Positions 50,960 through 62,639 of a stretch of DNA of 64,000 nucleotides are shown here, one piece after another. Positions within the stretch are counted from its first letter, which is position 1; the number at the start of each line of letters is the position of its first letter. Position numbers and translations under genes: made by a program. The notes under the pieces were generated by a model, which saw nothing but the letters and a program-made list of their open reading frames with translations, was not told the origin of the DNA and did no database searches. This DNA comes from Raja brachyura (lineage: Eukaryota), in the NCBI GenBank assembly GCA_963514005.1, contig OY740805.1, positions 12,462,001 to 12,526,000 on the forward strand. Direction: 5' to 3'.

Positions 50960-52059
50960 CCCTCCTCGCCCAACCCTCAATCACCTTCAGCTGGTAATCT
51001 TAGTCGTTTCATTCTTACTATGTGAAGTCATTTCTTGATTGGTTTCTGTGATTCCACGCCGCTACTTTGAAGTATGTCGAGCATGCGCGCCGGCGGGCTC
51101 TTCACGAAATCCCTCACTTCGACTCCTCATGAAATAATGATCAACCTTCGAACTGGTAAGTTCTCGTTCAATCTTACTATTCTTCATAATAACATGCCAA
51201 TCCTGCCTTATTGTGTGGGTGGTTTGCATGAGAACTTCTGCCCAATTTCCAAACCCTGGCCATGATCCACTTACTTTGAATGCTCCGGCTGTGCCTCAAC
51301 CAAATATGTTTACCCTTTGTGTGTTGTACAAACAAATGTAAATATTACAACTTGTGAACGGTACACTACCCAAATTGTGGAAGTGCTAGACCCATTTAGT
51401 TGTGCATGATTGGAAGGTGCATGGAATTTCTGAGCTATCATGCTGCCCCCAGCTCCAGTTCTGAACGATGACTTTTTCCCGTTGATGGCCGAATTAATTC
51501 ATCTGCCAGGCCTCTTCCACTGTAGAATAGACCTACCTAAATAACCGATTCAGCGGCTGGCTCTCACATCCCCCTGTTGGTGTTGTTCACTGCCGGCACA
51601 TATGTGGTTGAGTATGTTCTATTGACATCTTTAGAGCCCGGAGTCATCTTGACCTTTTGCTCTTCCCTCCTCAGAGAGGGTGATTTGTAGGCAATTCTAA
51701 CAGGCGCTGCCGCAGGCCGTAGGATACAAATACTGATATGAACCCACTGGCATTAACCCAATAGAATATTTTACTGGGATGGCAACTTTATTGTCAGGAA
51801 AGGTACCTCTGACACGTGCCCTTCATCCCTTTGGGTATGCCCCACGGCCATACCCTGAGACTCAATGTCAGCAGGATACTGACCCATCTTAGTCTCTGCC
51901 TCCGACAGTTGCTGTATTTAGGATAGTCGTTTCAACGCACTATCCAGCCCCGGTGAGGAATTCATCCCCCGACTCCGTGGGCCTTGCTCTCTAGCCCCGG
52001 TGGAGAATCATCTCCCTACTCCGTGGGAGAGCAGATATGTGTGAATTTGAGCAATCCTC

Positions 52060-52410
52060 TCCCAGGCGTTGCTGGCGCTGCCTTTCATAAAGGCCGGCGC
52101 TTTTTGACATGAACAGCCCTGCATCAGGCGCTGTTGGCACGGCTCTCCCGTAGGCCGGGACTTCACACATGAAGCAGCCCTGTCAGGCGCTGCTGGCATG
52201 GCTCTCCCGTAGGCCGGTAATGTCACAAATGAAACAACCCTGTATCAAGTGCTGCTGGCACAGTTCTCCCGTAGGTCAGCACTTTCATATATGAAGCAGC
52301 CCTGTCAGGCACTGCTGGTGCGGCCTGTCCCATAGGCTCATACATTTTACACATGAAGCAGCCCTGTCGGGCGCTGCTGGCGTGGCCAGTCCCATAGGCC
52401 AGCGCTATTG
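52060..52410. repeat. Diverged tandem repeat of about 60 bp (5-6 copies); a second repeat of about 70 bp (3 copies) at 52655-52895
   Basis: Recurring ATGAAGCAGCCCTGTCAGGCGCTGCTGGC...CCCGTAGGCC; recurring CTGACCCCACTGTCAGCGAC...TTCTTGCCGTT...GGCATCCC. Confidence 0.8.
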
Positions 52411-53589
52411 CTGTGTAAGCTCACTAAATGAACATTTAGTGTACAGCTTTACCTGTGAAGGGTAAAAATAAATCATAGCAACCTGTGCTTAAACAATTAT
52501 AACATTGTCAGAACATATAACAATAACGTTTTACTTTGCGTTTAGCTTTCACTTAAAGAAAAAACACTATAAAATACATACTTTTTATTATAAGGAGTAA
52601 CCCTTTATAGCCCGACTCACCTGAGTCCAAATAGGGCTGACTGAGTCCCAGTAATTTCTTGCCTGGGAACCAACGTCTGTGGGCCACTGACCCCACTGTC
52701 AGTGGCTCCAGCGTTGCTTCCTTGCCGTTCCAACGGCATCCCACAGGTTGGGAGCTGCTGACCCCACTGTCAGCGACTTTGTTTAAATTTCTTGCCGTTC
52801 CCACGGCATCCCCGCAGGCTGCAGAGCCGCTGACCCCCTGTCAGCGACTCTGCTTACATTTCTTGCCGTTTTTATGGCATCCCCGCAGGCTGGGAAGCCG
52901 CTAACTGCACTATTAGCAGCTCCTTATCTCGCAACCCCATCAATTTTGCCGGTTTATCCGCATTTGCGGTGGGACTGGAATTTTGAAGTAAAATTGTTGC
53001 TAGAAACCTACTGTGTAATGCTGTGGCTGCCACTGTCAGGTTAGGAATAAAACTAAGTTTATTTGTAGCATCTTTGTTAACAATAGGAAAAAGCATACTC
53101 GTTTTTTTAACGGTTTTTGGAAGCAGATTTCTTCATCATCCTTGGCTTTACTCAAATTATTTAAAACACTCTTCCATCTTCCTCTAGTAGTGGGGGTGGG
53201 GGATTGGGAGGGGCCTCACAAGTGGAATAGCCTAGGGGCTCTCTTCATCTAAATCCGGCACTGATAGGAAGGATGTGATTGCATTGGGGAGGGGTGCAGA
53301 GGATGTTGCCTGGATGATCACCTGGATGTTTCAGTTATAGACACTCGCCATTGGAGAGTTGCAAATTTAATTCAGAACTATTTTCACCCTGGTCATTCCC
53401 TTTCTCCCCTCTCTTGTTGGGCAGAAGACACGAAAGCTTGAAAGCACATACCACCAGATTCAAGAACAGTTTCTTCTTCTTTGATATGAGACTACTGAAT
53501 GGCCTCCCATAATATAGTGTGTGGTCCTGATCTCCCAACATCCTCATTCTGGATCTTGGTCTATTTTAAGTAAGTAAGTAAGTTTATTG

Positions 53590-54220
53590 GCTAAGTTTTC
53601 ACATACAAGGAATTTGCCTTGGTGCTGAATGCATAGCTAAAATCAACAAAGAGGATCCTCGCATAGGTCCCCTGGTGGTCTAGGTACTGTAGGATGAAGT
53701 GCAGGCCCAGGTTGACTGCATCATCCACAGATCTATTGGCCCGATATGCAAACTGTAGAGGGTCCAGCAGGGGGTTTGTGATATTTTTCAGCTTGGCCAG
53801 CACAAGCCTTTTGAGTGTCTTCATGACTAGAGAGGTCAGTGCGACAGGCCTGTAGTCATTAAGACAAGTAATCCTTGCCTTTTTGGGTACAGGGACAATA
53901 ATGGAGACTTTGAAGCAGGCAGGGACAGTACATGTTTGTAGGGACTGGTTAAAAACGTCTGTAAAGACTGGTGCCAGCTGTTTTGTCAGGCTGTGAGTGG
54001 GTGTGAAGTGTTTTAAACTGTTACTTTCTTTGCAACTATAACACTATAATGCTGAACACGATATTGTACATTTTGGTATTTTACTCCTTGCATTTATTAC
54101 CTGCTGTACTTGTCTATGGTTTGATTGCACTAAGAGTAGAGGGGGAAACATTGTCAGGTCCTGGAGATTTCTGGCTTTTTTGCCCTCTGAAAAGCCTCTC
54201 CACCTCCTCTATTTTTATTG
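53590..54220 (-). mobile_element. Rex1/Babar RT fragment
   Basis: [18 protein letters not shown]...ARILFVDFS and KSPGPDNVSP. Confidence 0.85.
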
Positions 54221-54395
54221 GAGGTAGACAAAATTGCTGGAGAAACTGAGCGGGTGCGGCAGCATCTATGGAGCGAAGGAAATAGGCAATGTTTCGGGCC
54301 AAAACCCTTCTTCAGACTGCTGCAGCACCCACTGAGTTTCGCCAGCAATTTTGTCTACCTTCGATTCTCCTGCATCTGCAGTCTCTTTTTGAACA
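54221..54395. mobile_element. Penelope pLTR-derived short element with inverted halves and a 15-bp flanking duplication
   Basis: GGTAGACAAAATTGCTGG...CCAGCAATTTTGTCTACC inverted arms; CCTCTATTTTTATTG at 54206-54220 and 54396-54410. Confidence 0.75.
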
Positions 54396-54829
54396 CCTCT
54401 ATTTTTATTGTTGATATTGGATAAGTGATGTTTTGCATCACAGAGGGTGTGGGTGATTGGGTGTGAAGTGGTGATTGGAGGGGGGTGGGTGTAGAAGGGC
54501 CCAGTCTTTGCAGACTGAGGTCAGGCTGTGAGCGGGTGTGAAGTGTTTTAAACTGCCACTTTCTCTGCAACTATAACGCTATAATGCTGAACACTATATT
54601 GTACATTTTGGTATTTTACTCCTTGCATTACCTGTTGTACTTCCCTACGGTTTGATTGCACTTATATGTGGTATGTATGATATTACTGGAAAGCACACAA
54701 ACAAAGCTTTTCATTGTATCTCAGTACAGGGGACAATAATAAACCAATATCAATACTAATCATTTCGAGATTGGTGCACGTGACAAATGGACTGTGTGGG
54801 CACGTGGAGTAAACGGTGAAGACTAGGGT

Positions 54830-55392
54830 ACCTGTCCAGTGTACACACACCTGGTCACTGGCCCTACACCTGTCCTGTGTATACACACCTGGTTACTGGC
54901 CCTACACCAGTCCATTGTACATACACCTGGTCACTGGCCCTACACCTGTCCTGTGTATACACACCTGGTCACTGGCCCTACACCTGTCCTGTGTACACAC
55001 ACCTGGTCACTAGCCCTACACCTGTCCAGTGTACACACACCTGGTCACTGGCCCTACACCTGTCCTGTGTATACACACCTGGTCACTGGCCCTACACCTG
55101 TCCTGTGTACATACACCTGGTCACTGGCCCTACACCTGTCCAGTGTACACACACCTGGTCACTGGCCCTACACCTGTCCATTGTACACACACCTGGTCAC
55201 TGGCCCTACACCAGTCCATTGTACATACACCTGGTCACTGGCCCTACACCTGTCCTGTGTACACACACCTGGTCACTGGCCCTACACCTGTCCATTGTAC
55301 ATACACCTGGTCACTGGCCCTACACCTGTCCTGTGTACACACACATGGTCACTGGCCCTACACCTGTGTACACACACCTGGTCACTGGTGTG
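54830..55392. repeat. 38-bp minisatellite, about 14-15 copies (ACACCTGGTCACTGGCCCTACACCTGTCCTGTGTACAC)
   Basis: Directly visible; period 38. Confidence 0.97.
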
Positions 55393-55529
55393 TACCTGAG
55401 GTTGGGCCGCTGTGTTTTTTCACCAGATGGATATTGGAGTGGGATGGAGAGGCAGTGATGGGTGAAACCCCCTGAGGAGGTGGTGTGTTATTTGCCACTG
55501 GGAGGGGTGGTGGGTGGTGACATGTGGTC

Positions 55530-56068
55530 ATATGCTTATAAAGTGATAGGCGCAGAATCAAACCATTTGGCCCATCAAGTCTACTCCACCATTCAATCAT
55601 GGCTGATCCATCTATTCCTCCGAAACCCAGTCGCCTATCTTTTCCCCATAACCATTGACTCCCGTACTAATCAATAATCTGTCTATTTCTGCCTTTAAAA
55701 TATCCATTCATGGCCTCCACGCCGTCTATGATCTCTGGCCCTGGACTCTCCCACCAGTGGAAACATCCTCTCCGCATCCACTCTATCCAAGCCTTCACTA
55801 TTCGGTAAGTTTCAATGAGGGTCCCCCCCTTTCTTCTAAACTCCAGCGAGTAGAGGTCCAGTGCCGACAAATGCTCATTATATGCTAACGCACTCATTCC
55901 CGGAATAATTCTTGTAAACCTCCTCTGGACCCTCTCGAGAGCCAGCTTCACTTCCTCAGATATGGGGCCCAAAATTGCTCATGATGCTCCAATTTCGCCC
56001 GACCAGCGCCTTATAGAGCCTCAGAATTACACCCCTGTTTTTGTATTCTAGCCCTCTTGAAGTAAATT
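55530..56068 (-). mobile_element. CR1 3' end
   Basis: LALERVQRRFTRIIPG...LYSLEFRR. Confidence 0.88.
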
Positions 56069-57364
56069 GGGTCTCACTCCTGACTGGGGTCGGGACTGCC
56101 CGCTCCGGGAGAAAACTTTCAGCGGCGCTCTCTGCCCGGCAACTGCTGACCGCTCCGTCCGATTGTCTGTCGGGAGGGAACTCCCACAGTAGCCGGGCTC
56201 TCGCCCAATAACCTGGTCTCCAAACACATTTCTCTTTAATTATCTGCTCTAAAACTAGATGATAGACTTCCGATTGCCGACACCTTAATGCTTTCCGACA
56301 CAAGGTCTACTTTGCTGGACTTTATTTTAACGGCGTTCCGTGAGGTGGGACTGATCCCGGGACACAATGTGTGGTTTGTTTGCCGCTGACATCTCCCTGA
56401 GTGATTCAGTGCTGACTTCGGCAGATTCACCCGTGACCCGAGCCACAGAGTGTGTTGTCTGTCAGACTGACTCTGTTGATGAATATGATATCTTAAATCA
56501 AACAATAAAGCAGCCCGTTGCTATTCTGGACTGTAAACAGAAGCTGTCATTGCCCCGAGGGTTGAGCCCCGACTGGTCCAACCTGTGAGACAGGGACTTT
56601 CCACCAAAGCGCTGGGTTCCTGCTGCTCCAATCAGACTGCCCGCAGTTGTTACCGGTACAGGGATCAGTGCAGGGGCCGGGGAAGCGGAGTCGGGACTTT
56701 CCCTCACGGTCCCGCCTGTAGCAGCTCCCTCACGCAGTTTAACCCGCCATTCACTGCTGGGACTTAGAGAATGATTCCAAGAGGCGCACATCACAGGAAC
56801 GGCCCACCATTTACATGGAGCCCACTGTACATATCTACACTGAGCCCATGAGATCCGTACCCTTCTGTGCCTCGGCTATTGAAGAGTGTGTTTAAATAAT
56901 TGTGCGAATCTCTACCTCCACCGCCCACTCACGCAGGGCCTTCCAGATTGTAGCCACGCTCTGGGGAAAACATCCGTCCCAAGATTCGCTCTAAACGCCC
57001 CCCCCCCCCCCACACACACACCGAGCATCTCACGTTAAACCTCTGCCAACTTGTCTTAAACACCCCCTGAGGACACAAATAGTTTTATTACCTGCCCCTA
57101 ACGATCCTTCACCTAATGATGAGTCTAACTACCTTGAGTTTCCTGTAATTATATTCTGTGCCACGGCTGGTGAAGATAACTATCCCTTACTCTTCTTCAT
57201 CACATTATCCACCTGTGCTGCCGCTACTTTCCTGAGTATGTGGACTTGTACCCTAAATTTCTCTGTTCATCAGCTCTGCCTGTGCCTTAGCATTCACTGT
57301 GCACATCCTAACCTTCTTTACCACCACCTTCTATCCTATCAGTTTGGAATCGAAATTGTCGATA

Positions 57365-60300
57365 AAGGATTTAAGAGAGAGTTGGATAGAGCTCTCGGGG
57401 CTAGTGGAGTCAAGGGATATGGGGAGAAGGCAGGCACGGGTTATTGATAGCGGACGATCAGCCATGATCACAATGAATAGCGGTGCTGGCTCGAAGGGCC
57501 GAATGGCCTCCTTCTGCACCTATTTTCTATGTTTCTATGTCAATTTTCCTTGGATCCCAAGGACTGAAACCCGTTGGACCAGCCTGCCATGTGACACCTT
57601 ACTAAAGTTCTTGTAGCCCACAGCTTCTGCACTACCCTCACCATTATGTTTAACCTCCAAAAAAAAAGTCAAATTAGTGAGACATGTCTTCCCATAAAAA
57701 ACATCACATCGGCAATCCCAAATAAAACCCTGCCTTTCCAATTGAAGATAAATAATGTTGCTCCAATTTTTTTCCAATAATTTCCCGACACTGATGTAAG
57801 ACTCATTGGGCCTTCTTGAATAAATAAACAATATTTGTTGTACTATGGTCATCCAAGCCAAGGAAGATGCAACAATTTCTCCTCAGTTTTTACTGTAAGA
57901 CTGGGGAACCTCTGACAGTTGATGTCTTGAGGACATCCATATTACCATCGATGAGGTGCTGGACATCCTAAGGCGTATGAATGTGGATAAATCTCCCGGG
58001 TCCGATCGGATCTATCCAGGGACATTGTAGGAAGCTAAGGAATACATTTAGGGCACCCTGAGATACACAAATCAACAGCTGGGTGAGGAGCCTGGTGACT
58101 GGAGAGGGGCTAATGTTGTGCTGTTCAGTTGCCTTATAATAGCTTGGAAGAAACTGTCCCTAAATCTGTAGGAATACATTTTAAAACTTCTGTACCTCTT
58201 GCATGATGAGAGAGGGGAGAGGAGTGAGTAACGGGGGTAAGTCTGAGTCTTGATTATGTTGGTGGCCTTGCCATGGCAACGTTAAGTGTAGATAGAGTCA
58301 ATGGAAGATGATGGTCAGGATTATGTCTGCAATTTCTTGCGGTGTTGGATGGAGCTGTTCCCAAACCAGGCTGTGATGCATCCCGATAAAATGTTTTTGA
58401 TGCCGCTTCTATAGAAGTTGGTGAAGGTTATTGAGGACATGCCGAACTTCCAGAGCAGAGGAATCAAGAAGTGTGTGTACATAGTTCCCTGTCAGTGATG
58501 TCACAAGTTGATAAGGTGTTCAAGAAGCCTTTTGGTACATTGGCCTTCATCAGTCGGGGTATTGCATATTGATATTTGATGTTATGTAACAGTTGTACAA
58601 GACATTGGTGAGGTTATACCTCGACAATGGTGTTGGGTTTTGGTCACCTTGCTATGGAACGGATGTCAATAAGCTGGAAAGGGTGCAGAGAAGATTTACG
58701 AGGATGTTGCCAGGATTTGAGGGCCTGAGCTATAGTTAGAATGTTATTCAGTGCAGCACAGGAGTGAGACGTTATCTTATGCAGGTGTCTAAAGTCATGA
58801 GGGGAATACATTTGGTGAATGCACAGATTCTTTTACCCAGAGTAGAGGAATCAAGAACCAGAGGACATGAGTTTAAGGTGAGAGAGGAACAATGTAATAG
58901 GAACTTGAGGGGTAACCTTTTAACATATATATGGTGGGTGTATGGAACAAGTTACTGGAGCTGGTAGCTGAGGCAGGTACTTTCCCAGCATTGAAAATAC
59001 ATTTGGACAGGTACATGAATAGAAAAGGTTTAGAGGGATATGAACTAATTGTGGGCAGATGGGACCTGTGCAGGTGGGACATCTTGGTCAGCATGAGCAA
59101 GGTGGGCCAACAGGCCTACTTAAGTACTGAATGACTCCATATCTGTTAGGTCCCAGCTATTTGCTCCCTTGCCTCCCATAAACAGCCTGTGATCTATCTC
59201 ATTGGGCCCTGGGCATTTCACTGCTATTTTTGTCCTGAGGCATCTTGCACCTCATCCTTCCAAATGTTAACATGTTACAGAATAAAACAGCCCCTCTTCC
59301 TTAAATTTCCCTCCACCACATCCGTCTCCTTTGGTGAATACAGAAAAGGTATTCACTTACAACATTGTCCACATCCCTGGACTCTGACCCGGATTGTTGC
59401 TTCATGTCCCTGCAGAGGCCCACCCATTCCTGACTACACTTTTTCTCTTGGTACAGGTTAAACACCAATGTTCCTGCACCCTCTGTTTCAGACCTTTCTG
59501 GATGATCAATGTGTCTGGACCTACAGAGGTCACTTGATAATACAACGACATTACACACCTGGCCCTCTAATGACACCCCTCCCATCTCTCTAAAGTACCA
59601 TGGAGTATTTGCCAGAAACAAATAAAACAAATATAAATGTAAACCGAATGTGAATGGAATGACCTGCTGATCCATTCCTGGCTCAGACTGCCTCCCCGGC
59701 CGTTTATAGCCACAGCTTCTGACCCCACCCCCGACTCACAAGGTGCGCCAGCGAGCCCTACTTCATCCACCGCACCTTCCTGTGACACGGCTGTTGCTGT
59801 GGGTCACATTGTGACCCCTGGCGACAGCACTTTCTTCGAGTCATCGACCCCTCCTCCCCCTGCCCTCCACCCCCTCCCCCTCCTCCCCATGCAAAATAAG
59901 TAGGAGAGAAGATTGAGAGCATAGTTGGTGCTTTCACGCTGGATGGACACGACTGGAAAGAGCGCTGGCCACTAGCAATGCCATCTGTGGCCACTTAGGA
60001 AATTTCAACTGAGCTCTCATAATTTTGTCTGGATTTCTGGATTATCGGAGTGGGTGACCAGTTACTGGAAAATTGGTGTTCAATCTGTATTCCTCTCCTT
60101 AACTACATTGAATATACCCCAAAATTCTCCTCTACTAACACTCCCACACCTTGCCTGGCTTCATTTCCTAAAGTTCAGTCCAATGCAGTGGCTTCTCCAG
60201 TAGGGCTGTCTACACATTGGGCCCAAAACTCTCCTAGATGGGCTTCACAAACGGCTGAGAGTAGGGCAGGACTAGCAGCTCAATGTTACCAGGAACGGAT

Positions 60301-60978
60301 GCTACAGACATTAAAGAGATGTAGGCAAGAGAGGAGGAGGATTTGCATTTTAGATGAGGGAGGACATAACATTAGTGCTTAGAGAGAATATTTTTAGAGG
60401 ATCAAGCAGTGAGGCTATATGGGAGAGCAGAAATGAGAATGGAATGATTACTTTGATGGGACTGCATTATACCTATGGTATATAGCTCTATGAGACATTG
60501 GCTTTGTCACATTGGGATGGCAGGACTGTCATTTGAGGAAAGATTGAAAAGACTAAACTTGTATTCACTGGAGTTTAGAAGGATGAGGGGGAATCTTATA
60601 GAAACATAAAATTATAAAAGGACTGGACAAGCTAGATGCAGGAAAAATGGTCCCAATGTTGGGCGAGTCCAGAACCAAGGGGCCATAGTCTTAGAATAAA
60701 GGGGAGGTCATTTAAGACTTTAAATGTCTGAGGTGAGAAAAAAAATTTCACCCAGAGAGTAGTAAATTTATGGAATTCCCTGCCACAGAAAGCAGTGGAG
60801 GCCAAGTCACTAGGTGGATTTAAGAGAGTTAGATAGAGCTCTAGGGGCTAGTGGAGTCTAGGGATATGGGCAGAAGGCAGGCACAGGTTAATTATAGGGG
60901 ACGATCAGCCATGATCACAATCAATGGCGGTGCTGGCTCGAAGGGTTGAATGGCCTCCTCCTGCACCTATGTTTCTAT
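57365..60978. mobile_element. Mosaic of degenerate CR1 and Rex1 fragments in both orientations
   Basis: CR1 tails at 57365-57540 and 60510-60980, KSPGSD motif near 57990, RTRGHEFKV near 58860, Rex1 C-terminus at 58130-58450. Confidence 0.7.
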
Positions 60979-61068
60979 GTTCTCCCTGTGACCGCATGGG
61001 TTTTCTCCAGGTACTCTGGTTTCCTCCCACACTCCAAAAACGTGCACGTTTGCTGGTTAATTGGCTTC

Positions 61069-62251
61069 TGTGGGAGGGGATTTTGTACTTTACCCGTACC
61101 CTATATCTGACTTTACTCAGATAGGCACAGACGCAAAATACAGCTCAGTGGTGAGTCTATCGAACAAGTCAGTTTATTCAAAGGCCTTATCAATGTACAT
61201 CAGGAAGCAGCGTGAGCAAGCCCAAACTGCTTCAACAAGCCATAGTGACTGTAGATGGTTTTATATGCAACCAATAACATAGTTACCTCAGTACCATTAA
61301 CCCCGCCTAGTTAACATCAATCATAACGCCTTCCCCTTCATGGGTACAGTTCAGTAGAAGAATGTAGCCAGTACTTGAGGATGTATCTAATACCCTGTGC
61401 TATCATTAAAAGGTGTTGCACACTTTAAGAGTTTGTGAATTGCTTATTTACAGTAACTGTACAATTGTTATATCCTCATGACACAATGGTTACTTGTGGC
61501 GTTGAAATAAACCATGAATCAATGTATCTGTAGTCTTCCATCTTTGTCTTTCCACATAGTTACATAATCTTACGTTTCCTGTTGTTTTGAAACTCTCCCT
61601 CTCATATATCCAACAAGTAAATATCATAAATATCAATGTTCCTGAAGGGAGAATGTATGGGGTCTATTTATTAAAAAAAGGCCGTTTGTGAACTTTTGGG
61701 AGACTGGCCTACTAAACACAGTGACAAAGGGCAGCTGTAATTTCAAGGTTGCGATAGAAAAGCACCTAGACAGAACTGTGAACAACTATCCCCCTCAATG
61801 GATAAGCACCTTCACAGAACTGTGAACGACTATCCCCCTCAATGGATAAGCACCTAGACAGAACTGTGAACGACTATCCCCCTCAATGGATAAGCACCTA
61901 GACAGAACTGTGAACGACTATCCCCCTCAATGGATAAGCACCTAGACAGAACTGTGAACAACTATCCCCCCCAATGGATAAGCACCTTCACAGAACTGTG
62001 AACGACTATCCCCCTCAATGGATAAGCACCTTCACAGAACTGTGAACGACTATCCCCCTCAATAGATACGGATGTTTCAGCTATTTTAATTAAGCTGTGC
62101 TGTGAAAGTTAAATACATTGACACATCTATTTATTACCTTCCTAACATTCTATGTTGGCCATTATTTCCATCATGCTTCCCCAGTATGTGAGCTCTAGTG
62201 TTAACCATATTGTAACCATCTAGCTTACAATTTCCAAATTTCTGACAACCA
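61069..62251 (-). mobile_element. Solo LTR (ERV class I or Gypsy-like) inserted in a SINE
   Basis: TG...CA ends; 4-bp TSD CTTC at 61065-61068 and 62252-62255; minus-strand TATA (CATATAAAA, about 61260-61268) and AATAAA (61173-61178); the SINE sequence rejoins across it. Confidence 0.78.
61760..62063. repeat. 44-bp tandem repeat, 7 copies, inside the LTR U3 region
   Basis: CAGAACTGTGAAC recurs at 61771, 61815, 61859, 61903, 61947, 61991 and 62035. Confidence 0.97.
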
Positions 62252-62639
62252 CTTCTGTAAATCATAAATTGTCCCCAGTATGTGGGATAGTTCAAGTGGA
62301 CAGGGTGATTGTTGGTTGGCGCAAACTTTGTGGGGCCTGTTTCTACGCTGTATCTACAAACTCTAAAGCATAGAGTATTGTGATATATTTGATCAAATAG
62401 AAATAATCATCTTAGTGGTTTTGAAGCACATGGCCCCAGCTCCTGACCATGTGCATACTTTAAGGAAGCTAGGGAAGAAATTGCAGAGGCCCTTGTTGAG
62501 ATATTTTCATCATCATAACCGCCAGTGAAGTTCTGGAGGATTGAAGGGTGGTTAATGCTGTGCCATTATTTAAGATGGTTCACAAGGACACCCCAGGGAA
62601 CTGCAGGTTACTTAGCCTGACGGCACTGATGGATGATAC

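Larger units (their letters stand above)
45871..51181 (+). mobile_element. Near-intact DIRS1-group tyrosine-recombinase retrotransposon
   Basis: gag, pol and recombinase ORFs; left ITR 45871-45933; right ITR 51073-51181; ICR 50847-50959 is the reverse complement of both termini; ATT at both ends. Confidence 0.97.
40396..52994 (-). mobile_element. Old degenerate DIRS1-group element (host of hAT-B, a CR1 and the young DIRS)
   Basis: Right ITR at 40396-40466 plus 42008-42045; ICR at 42159-42270; recombinase relic 42438-42689 (SHSTRSAS, ILAAVGW); methyltransferase-region relic FLISWVLK near 44930; left end tentative (GAAGTAAAAT at 52985-52994). Confidence 0.8.
39934..53263. mobile_element. Non-autonomous hAT-type DNA transposon (hAT-A), expanded to 13.3 kb by nested insertions
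   Basis: TIR CAGTGCCAGATTTA / TAAATCCGGCACTG (13/14 match); perfect 8-bp TSD ATAGGAAG at 39926-39933 and 53264-53271; removing it restores the CR1 frame ..HYRKDVIALG. Confidence 0.9.

Noticed and set aside
54816-55475. Cys/His-rich ORFs resembling zinc fingers
   Set aside because: Translation of a 38-bp tandem repeat that is open in all frames; no C2H2 spacing
61760-62063. CRISPR-like palindromic repeat array
   Set aside because: Units are head-to-tail with no unique spacers, there are no cas genes, and the context is a eukaryotic LTR
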